A stretch of 64,000 nt of DNA, from contig JAWLBL010000030.1 of the NCBI GenBank assembly GCA_041687695.1, positions 32,001-96,000 of the forward strand, in the 5' to 3' direction. Position 1 is the stretch's first letter. Every line of letters starts with the position of its first letter. The position numbers and the translations under genes are program-made. The notes under the pieces were generated by a model. It was not told where the DNA came from and did not search any database. It was given only the letters and a program-made list of their open reading frames with translations. Positions 57,622-64,000 of this stretch are shown piece by piece. The stretch comes from Myxococcota bacterium. GTDB taxonomy: Bacteria > Myxococcota_A > UBA9042 > PHBI01 > JAWLBL01.

Positions 57622-58676
57622 AGGAGGTCCTCTCGGCCGAGGGCGCGCAGGCGATCGACGACCTCGCGCAGGCGCTGGGCCGACTCGCGGGGGGCGACCA
57701 GGGTGGCGTCGGGGGTGTGGACGACGATGAGGTCCGACACGCCGACCGTGGCGACGAGGCCGCCGTCGGCGAACAGGACGTTGCCGCCGCCGTCGAGCTC
57801 GACGACGGGGCCCTGGGCGAACGACGGCTGGTCGTCCTGGCGGAAGTCGTAGAGCGAGCGCCACGAGCCGACGTCGGACCAGCCGAAGGCGCCGGGGAGG
57901 ACGGCGACGCGCGACGAGCGCTCCATGACGGCGTAGTCGACGCTGATGGACGGGAGCCCCGGGTACACGGAGGCGACGAGGTCCGGGGCGGGCGCGTCGA
58001 CGTCGAGCGCGTCCAGCCCCTGGCGCAGCTCGGGCTCGAAGGCGGCGAGCTCGTCGAGCATGAGCTGCGCGGGCGCGAAGAACATCCCGGCGTTCCAGAG
58101 GTAGCCGCCCTCGGCCAGCCAGCGCGTCGCCGTGGCGAGATCGGGCTTTTCCTTGAAGGCGGCGACGGTGAAGGCGCCCGGCGCGGCCACGAGCGGCTCG
58201 CCCGCCCGGATGTAGCCGTAGCCGGTCTCGGGGTGGGTGGGCTGGATGCCGACCGTGACGATGACCCCCTCGCGGGCAATGTTCGCGGCCCGTTGGCAGA
58301 TCGCGCGGAAGCCGTCCTCGTCGGCGATGTGGTGGTCGGCGGGCAGGATCATCAGCACGGCGTCGGGATCGCGGCGGCGAACGGCCAGCGCCGCCCAGCC
58401 GATGGCGGCGGCCGTGTTGCGGCCGACCGGCTCCTCGAGGACGTTGACGGCGGGGACGTCGGGCAGCAGCGCGCGGGTGGCGGCGCCCAGCGTCGTCGAG
58501 GTCACGACGAGCTGTCGCTCGGGCGGCGTCAGCGGGGCGACGCGATCGCTGGTCTTCTTCAGCATCGGGCCGTCGCCGAACAGATCGAGGAGCTGCTTGG
58601 GGCGGCGGGCCCGCGACAGCGGCCAGAAGCGGCTGCCGACGCCGCCGGCCATGATGACGGTCCAGACGTTCTGCAT
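57618..58676 (-). CDS. manC: Mannose-1-phosphate guanylyltransferase
   Basis: IMAGGVGSRFWPLSR...PKQ, EPVGRNTA, WNAGMF and WSDVGSW. Confidence 0.92.
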   Translation of the reverse strand: MQNVWTVIMAGGVGSRFWPLSRARRPKQLLDLFGDGPMLKKTSDRVAPLTPPERQLVVTSTTLGAATRALLPDVPAVNVLEEPVGRNTAAAIGWAALAVRRRDPDAVLMILPADHHIADEDGFRAICQRAANIAREGVIVTVGIQPTHPETGYGYIRAGEPLVAAPGAFTVAAFKEKPDLATATRWLAEGGYLWNAGMFFAPAQLMLDELAAFEPELRQGLDALDVDAPAPDLVASVYPGLPSISVDYAVMERSSRVAVLPGAFGWSDVGSWRSLYDFRQDDQPSFAQGPVVELDGGGNVLFADGGLVATVGVSDLIVVHTPDATLVAPRESAQRLREVVDRLRALGREDLL

Positions 58677-58761
58677 GGTGCCCGCTGGGAAGGTGAGGCC
58701 GTGGGCTGTAGTAGATGCGCGCAGCGATTGCAAGGGAGCGACCCCCGCGAGCGCCGGCGCC

Positions 58762-59760
58762 TCAGCGGGCGACGCCCGGGAGCCCCATCCGGTCGCGGAC
58801 CTCGGCCATGGTCTGCTGGGCGATGGCGCGGGCGCGCAGGCCGCCGTCGTGCAGCACCTGCCACACGTCGTCCGGGCGGGCGCGCCACGCCTCGGCGGCC
58901 TCGCGCATCGGGCCGAAGCGGCGCTCCATGGCCTCGTTCAGCAGCTTCTTGCAGTCGAAGCAGCCGATGCCGGCGCTGCGGCAGGCGCCGTCGACGTGCT
59001 CGAGGGTCTCGGCGCTCGAGAAGAAGCCGTGCAGCGAGAAGACGTTGCAGACCTCGGGGTCGCCGGGGTCCTTGCGGCGCAGGCGCTGCGGGTCGGTGAA
59101 GGCGTTCTTGAGCTTGTCCCAGCGCTCGGCCTCGCCCTCGAGCAGGGCGACGTAGTTGCCCTTGGACTTGCTCATCTTCGCCTGGCCGTCGAGGCCCATG
59201 ACCCGCCGGGCGGGCGTCAGCAGGGCCTGCGGCTCGGGGAAGTAGCCCTCGCCGAAGCGGTGGTTCCAGCGGCGGGCGATGTCTCGGCTCAGCTCGAGGT
59301 GCTGCAGCTGGTCCTCGCCCACCGGGACCACGCCGGCCCGGTACAGCAGGATGTCCGCGGCCTGCAGCACCGGGTAGGTGAACAGGCCCACGTTCACGTT
59401 GTGCTGGTGCTGGTCGGCCTTGTCCTTGAACTGCGTCATCCGCCCGAGGTCGCCGTACATGGTGACCGTGTTGAAGATCCACGCGAGCTCGGTGTGCTCG
59501 GGGACCATCGACTGGGCGAAGAGGATGGCGCGGTTCGGGTCGACGCCGGCGGCGAGCAGCGCCACGCCGACCTCGAAGATGGCCTGGCGGAACTCGACGG
59601 GGTCGTACACCACGGTCGTCGCGTGGTGGTCGACGATGCAGTAGATGCAGTCGTGCTCGGCCTGGAGGCTCACCCAGTTCCGGATGGCCCCCAGGTAGTT
59701 GCCGATGTGCACGATGCCCGTGGGCTGGATGCCCGAGAACAGACGCTGCTTGCCGGTCAT
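58762..59760 (-). CDS. trpS: Tryptophan--tRNA ligase
   Basis: FSGIQPTG, HIGNY, YPVLQAADIL, VGEDQLQH and KMSKS. Confidence 0.96.
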   Translation of the reverse strand: MTGKQRLFSGIQPTGIVHIGNYLGAIRNWVSLQAEHDCIYCIVDHHATTVVYDPVEFRQAIFEVGVALLAAGVDPNRAILFAQSMVPEHTELAWIFNTVTMYGDLGRMTQFKDKADQHQHNVNVGLFTYPVLQAADILLYRAGVVPVGEDQLQHLELSRDIARRWNHRFGEGYFPEPQALLTPARRVMGLDGQAKMSKSKGNYVALLEGEAERWDKLKNAFTDPQRLRRKDPGDPEVCNVFSLHGFFSSAETLEHVDGACRSAGIGCFDCKKLLNEAMERRFGPMREAAEAWRARPDDVWQVLHDGGLRARAIAQQTMAEVRDRMGLPGVAR

Positions 59761-59770
59761 CGCGGTCCGA

Positions 59771-60841
59771 TCACTGCTCGATGATGTGGAACTCGACGCG
59801 GCGGTTGATCTCGCCCTTGGGATCGTTCTTGTCGAGCAGCTGCTCCTCGCCGTAGCCGACGCTGGTGAGCCGCGAGGGCTCGACGCCCGCCTCGATGAGG
59901 TACGTCCGCACCGCGTCGGCGCGGGCCTGGCTGAGCTTCTTGTTGTACTTGTCCGAGCCCTGGATGTCGGTGTGGCCCTCGATGCGGATCTTCATCTTCG
60001 GCCGCTTGACGAGGACGTCCGCCACCTCGTTGAGCAGGTCGAAGCTCTTCGGGAGGATCTTGGCCTTGTTGTAGGCGAAGAAGATCTTCTGCTTGAGCTC
60101 GATCTTGGTCGGACCCACGACGATGTTCTTGTAGGTGACGATGTCGGGGCAGCCGTCCTCGTCCTGGTCGCCGTCGAAGTCCTCGGGCTCGTTCGGGCAC
60201 TGATCCCGGACGTCCGGGATGCCGTCCTTGTCGTTGTCGGGATCCGGGCACCCGTCGAGGTCCTCGAACCCATCGAGGTCCTCGGGCTCGTTCGGGCACT
60301 GGTCGACCGAGTCGAGGATCTTGTCCCCGTCGTTGTCGGGGTCGGGGCAGCCGTCCTCGTCCTGGAACCCGTCGAAGTCCTCGGGCTCGAGCGGGCACTT
60401 GTCCACGTCGTCGCGGATGCCGTCGCCGTCCTTGTCGAACTCGGGGCAGCCGTCGTCGTCCTGGTAGCCGTCGAAGTTCTCGGGCTCGTCCGGGCACTTG
60501 TCGACGCTGTCGCGGAAGCCGTCGCCGTCGCGATCACCCTCGCAGTGCGGGTTCTTGATCGCCTCCCACACCTCGGCCGCCCGCTGCTCGGCCAACGTCA
60601 GGTGCTTGCGCGCCCGCATCGTCTGGCCGGCGTCGGCCTCGTAGTTGGCGAAGTCGAGGTGCGCCTCGGCCTCGGCGAGCTGGCGGGGCGCGCAGATGAG
60701 GGCGCGCTCGTGGACGGGCTTGAGCGCGTCCTTGATGGTCCGGGTCTGCTTGACCACGTGGCTCCGCGACGCGCACCCCGACACGGGCAGCGCGAGCAGG
60801 CCGAGCGTGGAGACCACCACCGCGAGACGAGCGCCCATCAT
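59771..60841 (-). CDS. OmpA-family lipoprotein with helical N-domain and TSP3-like Ca-binding repeats
   Basis: Lipobox SG-C; four repeats of the type DxDGDG...DKCPxEPEDFDGxxDxDGCP; OmpA IEGHTD...LSQARA...NRRVEF. Confidence 0.88.
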   Translation of the reverse strand: MMGARLAVVVSTLGLLALPVSGCASRSHVVKQTRTIKDALKPVHERALICAPRQLAEAEAHLDFANYEADAGQTMRARKHLTLAEQRAAEVWEAIKNPHCEGDRDGDGFRDSVDKCPDEPENFDGYQDDDGCPEFDKDGDGIRDDVDKCPLEPEDFDGFQDEDGCPDPDNDGDKILDSVDQCPNEPEDLDGFEDLDGCPDPDNDKDGIPDVRDQCPNEPEDFDGDQDEDGCPDIVTYKNIVVGPTKIELKQKIFFAYNKAKILPKSFDLLNEVADVLVKRPKMKIRIEGHTDIQGSDKYNKKLSQARADAVRTYLIEAGVEPSRLTSVGYGEEQLLDKNDPKGEINRRVEFHIIEQ

Positions 60842-61197
60842 CGCGCACCCCCGGTCGCCGGCTTGGCCTTGGCCCGCTCGGCGCGCTCGCGCAGCATCGC
60901 CTGGACGGCCTGCAGCGCGTAGTCCTTGGCCCGGACCGCATACAGCCGAGCCTGCTCGAACTCGGAGTAGCCCTCGGTCTGCTTGGCCTTGATGAGGAAC
61001 GAGTACGCCTGCCAATACAGGTACGGCGCGGTCTGGACCGCCACGGCGTCGGGCAGGACCTCGCCTGCGCCCGCCTCGCGCGCCTTGTCGACCTCGACCT
61101 CGGCCTCACGCACCGCGGTCGACGTCGTCAACGGGGCACAGGCCCCGAGCGCACCGGCCATCAGCGCGGCCATCATCACTCTGCGCAGTGCCTTCAC
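60838..61197 (-). CDS. Small DUF4398-like lipoprotein
   Basis: Lipobox LGA-C, helical body, coupled to the OmpA gene. Confidence 0.65.
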   Translation of the reverse strand: MKALRRVMMAALMAGALGACAPLTTSTAVREAEVEVDKAREAGAGEVLPDAVAVQTAPYLYWQAYSFLIKAKQTEGYSEFEQARLYAVRAKDYALQAVQAMLRERAERAKAKPATGGAR

Positions 61198-61279
61198 GAG
61201 CAGCCCTCGAGCGGGTCAAGCGGCGCGCCCACGCACGCCGGACCCTTGCATCGGTACTAGAGGCGCCGGCCCCTGTCAA

Positions 61280-62356
61280 TCAGACCGGGCCGGGACCCGA
61301 GTGTCCACTTGCGCTTTGCTGGCGCGCGGTTGCGCCGCCCTCTGGCTGGCTGACCAGCGGGCTGTTCTTGTTGAACAGCATGTCGCCCATGAGCAGGATG
61401 ACGCCGATGGAGATGGAGATGTCGGCGACGTTGTAGGTCGGCCAGTGCATGAAGCCGAGGTGCATGTCGATGAAGTCGATCACGTACCCGTAACGCAGCC
61501 GGTCGATGAAGTTGCCGAGCGCGCCGGCCAGGATGCCCGCCATGGCCACGTTGATGAGCCAGGCGTTGGGCGGCATGCGGATCATCAGGCCGAGCATCAC
61601 GATGAGCGCCACGATGGTCAGCACCGTGAAGACCAGGTGGCGCGTGTCCGGCGGGAGGCTCTTGAGGAAGCCGAAGGCTGCGCCCGGGTTCTCGGCGTAG
61701 GTGAGCTTGAACCAGTCGCCCGCCACGTCGATCTGGCGATGTTGGATGAGGTAGGTCTCACCGGCCGCCACCGGCTGCTCGGCCGTCAACGCGGCGCCCG
61801 AGTTGACCACCGGGTGCATGCGGCCGGCCAGCACCTCGGGGACCCGGTCCTCGTCCAGCCGTCGGGTGTGCTCGAGCAGCCACGCACCGAACTGGACGTC
61901 GCTCAGGTGCGCCTCGGCGAGCCGCCAGACCTCGCCCGCGTCGGTGCCGGGCAGGGCCATCTTGAGCCAGCGCGGCAGCAGGATGCGCTCGATCTTGTCG
62001 ATGCGCCGCGGCGCGAGTGACGCGTCCTGTCGCCAGAAGACGTACCACGCATGGGCCTGCGGCGCCGGGCCGTCGGGCGCGAACACCGGGTCCGTCGGCG
62101 CGACCGGGACCGCCGGCGGCAGCTGCCGCGCGTGCGGCACGACCTCCTGCGCGGCCCGCTCGACCTCCACCCCCAGCCGCGCGGCGACGACCTGCGCCAG
62201 CGGCTTGCCCGCGTCGGCTTGCGTGACGTGGACCGGCAGCGGGTGGTGGGCGTCGGCCAGCGACGTGTCGGCCCAATGCTTCGACCAGAGGTCGAGCGCC
62301 AGCCAGATGGCGAAGAGGCTGCCGAAGACGACGTACTTTCGGACGCGTGGAGACAT
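61280..62356 (-). CDS. lspA: Lipoprotein signal peptidase II with a large insertion
   Basis: DLWSK, ENPGAAFG, GALGNFIDR, VIDFI and TYNVAD motifs; ATG 62356. Confidence 0.88.
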   Translation of the reverse strand: MSPRVRKYVVFGSLFAIWLALDLWSKHWADTSLADAHHPLPVHVTQADAGKPLAQVVAARLGVEVERAAQEVVPHARQLPPAVPVAPTDPVFAPDGPAPQAHAWYVFWRQDASLAPRRIDKIERILLPRWLKMALPGTDAGEVWRLAEAHLSDVQFGAWLLEHTRRLDEDRVPEVLAGRMHPVVNSGAALTAEQPVAAGETYLIQHRQIDVAGDWFKLTYAENPGAAFGFLKSLPPDTRHLVFTVLTIVALIVMLGLMIRMPPNAWLINVAMAGILAGALGNFIDRLRYGYVIDFIDMHLGFMHWPTYNVADISISIGVILLMGDMLFNKNSPLVSQPEGGATARQQSASGHSGPGPV

Positions 62357-62392
62357 GGACACCAAGCCTTGTGGGCACGGGCGGGCCGGCGC

Positions 62393-62421
62393 TTTATAGG
62401 GGGCCACCCAGCGAGCGTCAA
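62393..62421 (-). promoter_or_regulatory. Putative sigma70 promoter of lspA
   Basis: TTGACG-N17-TATAAA. Confidence 0.6.
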
Positions 62422-62536
62422 CGAACCGCCCGGGCCTTTGCTTCCCGGGAGCGCGCGCGGCCCTTCGAAAGCCGAAGGCCGGCCCCCCACGCGGGGTGGG
62501 GGCGCCGGCCTCGTCGGACGTTCACTCGGGCGTCGC

Positions 62537-64000
62537 TCAGGGCGTCGGCGCGGCGCCGCCCTCATTGCCCATCTGCGCCAGCGCGCGGATGAGGTCGGTC
62601 GGCAGGATGATGCTCATCGCCAGGGCCTGGCCGTTGCTGTCGCCGGCCACGACGAAGGACTTGTCCTTGGGCAGGGCCGCGATGGCGGCCCGCTGGGCCT
62701 GCAGCTCGGGCACGAAGCTGAAGGCCTCGAGCGCCGCGCCGATGCGCAGGGCCATGGCGAAGAGGTTGCCACGCGCGGCCTGGGTCAGGGTCGCCTCGCC
62801 ACCGGTGGCCGGGGGCGTGCCGACCGCGGCGGCCGCCTGGCGGATCGCGTTGGGACCCAGCGCCATCGACGTCATCTGACCCTGGAAGGCCATCGCCAGC
62901 TCGATATTGTTGCCGACCACGTCCTTCATGATGGCGTAGGTCTCCGGGTCCTCCTGACGCAGGGGCGTCTTGTCCCAGTCGATGTTGATCTTGACGGCCT
63001 CGACCGTCGCGTCGCCCTCCTTCTGCTCGACGACCTGCATGCTCAGGCCGTACTGCGTGCCCATCTCGGTGGCGAGCTTGGCCAGATCGCTGAAGGTGTT
63101 GACCTGAACGGTCGCGGGCAGCTGGACGCCCTCCTTCTCCATCTCGGCCTTGAGCAGCGCCCAGCCCTTCTTGAACAGCAGGGCGAACAGCTGGTCGTAG
63201 GTCTGCTTGGCCTTGGCGGAGTCGGTCACGCGCGCGGCGCTGACCATGGCCAGCGGGAAGCGGCCATCGGTGTAGATCGAGAAGACCGAGTCACCGGTCG
63301 AGACCTCCCAGGCCTGCTCCAAGAGGCCGCGGAGCTGCTGCTGCTCTTCGGGCGTCATCTTCAGGAGCTGGGCGTAGGTGGCCACCGAGCTCTGCTGGAG
63401 GGTCTTGAGCGCCTCGACCTTGCGGGTGTCCATGTTGCCGGCGAAGCCCAGCCAGGACGTGGCCGGCGCGAGGCTGGTCAGCGTCGGCTCGCTCGCGGCC
63501 GACTCGGTGATGAACTGCGCCAGCGCCGTGCCCTGCTTGGCCGATACGCCCATGCCGACCTGCAGCGCGTCGGCGGGCGCCGCCACGGAGAAGTCCAGCT
63601 GCCGCGTCTGATCGAGGAACGCGAAGATGGCCTCGACGTTCTGCTGCATGGCGAGGTTGGCCCCGGGGACGTCCTCGTCCTGCTGCATCTGCGAGTACGT
63701 CTGCTTGAGCATGCGCTCGAAGTCGTCGATCTCCGCCCCGAACAGGCGGTTGACGTTCTCCATGTTCACCTGGACGGCGATCGGCGTGCCGGGCGTCCAC
63801 GTGCGGAGGCCGCCGCCGACGTAGTCCTTGACCTGCGCGAAGACGTCGGCGTGCTGGCTGAAGACGGCCGCGCCCTCGACGAAGTCGACGTACCAGGTCG
63901 AGAAGCGGTGCTCGTAGGTGGCCGCGTGGCCGCCCTGATCACGCTGGGCCGCAGCCGGCAGCGAGGCGAGGACCTTGTCGCGGTCGGCGGCCGGCAGGAC
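62537..64000 (-). CDS. Hypothetical protein, 5'-partial (likely envelope protein)
   Basis: The frame is open to the window end and codon usage is coding-like. No motif recognised. Confidence 0.7.
   Translation of the reverse strand, partial: VLPAADRDKVLASLPAAAQRDQGGHAATYEHRFSTWYVDFVEGAAVFSQHADVFAQVKDYVGGGLRTWTPGTPIAVQVNMENVNRLFGAEIDDFERMLKQTYSQMQQDEDVPGANLAMQQNVEAIFAFLDQTRQLDFSVAAPADALQVGMGVSAKQGTALAQFITESAASEPTLTSLAPATSWLGFAGNMDTRKVEALKTLQQSSVATYAQLLKMTPEEQQQLRGLLEQAWEVSTGDSVFSIYTDGRFPLAMVSAARVTDSAKAKQTYDQLFALLFKKGWALLKAEMEKEGVQLPATVQVNTFSDLAKLATEMGTQYGLSMQVVEQKEGDATVEAVKINIDWDKTPLRQEDPETYAIMKDVVGNNIELAMAFQGQMTSMALGPNAIRQAAAAVGTPPATGGEATLTQAARGNLFAMALRIGAALEAFSFVPELQAQRAAIAALPKDKSFVVAGDSNGQALAMSIILPTDLIRALAQMGNEGGAAPTP

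Noticed and set aside
59771..60841. TSP3 + OmpA protein as TraB of the TraA/B outer-membrane-exchange system
   Set aside because: It has no N-terminal beta-barrel and no adjacent traA. It is a lipoprotein paired with a DUF4398-like gene.

Overview
Very high-GC bacterial DNA whose gene content points to Myxococcota or a related deltaproteobacterium. No rRNA, tRNA, CRISPR array or mobile element was recognised. Left part (0.5-21 kb), envelope and signalling: a membrane Ser/Thr kinase-WD40 gene and an FHA-winged-helix regulator, divergent from a 1235-aa Cys-repeat lipoprotein, with three 11-bp-spaced OmpR-type boxes between them; a PEGA / Kelch-lipoprotein / 2508-aa DUF11-OmpA-beta-barrel gene string; and a myxosortase-like CPBP protease. 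Middle (21-34 kb): thrB, GT2, polysaccharide deacetylase, radical SAM, hemW, a degenerate PKD-metallophosphoesterase, thiL, an LpoA-like lipoprotein, dnaJ and dnaK. 34.4-49.9 kb: a contiguous Agl-Glt-like trans-envelope motor locus (TPR proteins, GltD/E/F-like, ExbB plus two ExbD, GltG-like TonB-C protein) followed directly by a small secreted protein, an outer-membrane beta-barrel and a short OPX polysaccharide-export lipoprotein. This is the best candidate for an uncharacterised system. Right part: obgE, rpmA, rplU, mtnA, gatCAB, PMM/PGM, manC, trpS with a 4-Cys Fe-S motif, an OmpA/TSP3 lipoprotein pair, an lspA with a large insertion, and a partial hypothetical gene. All family assignments come from motif recognition by eye; no searches were run.
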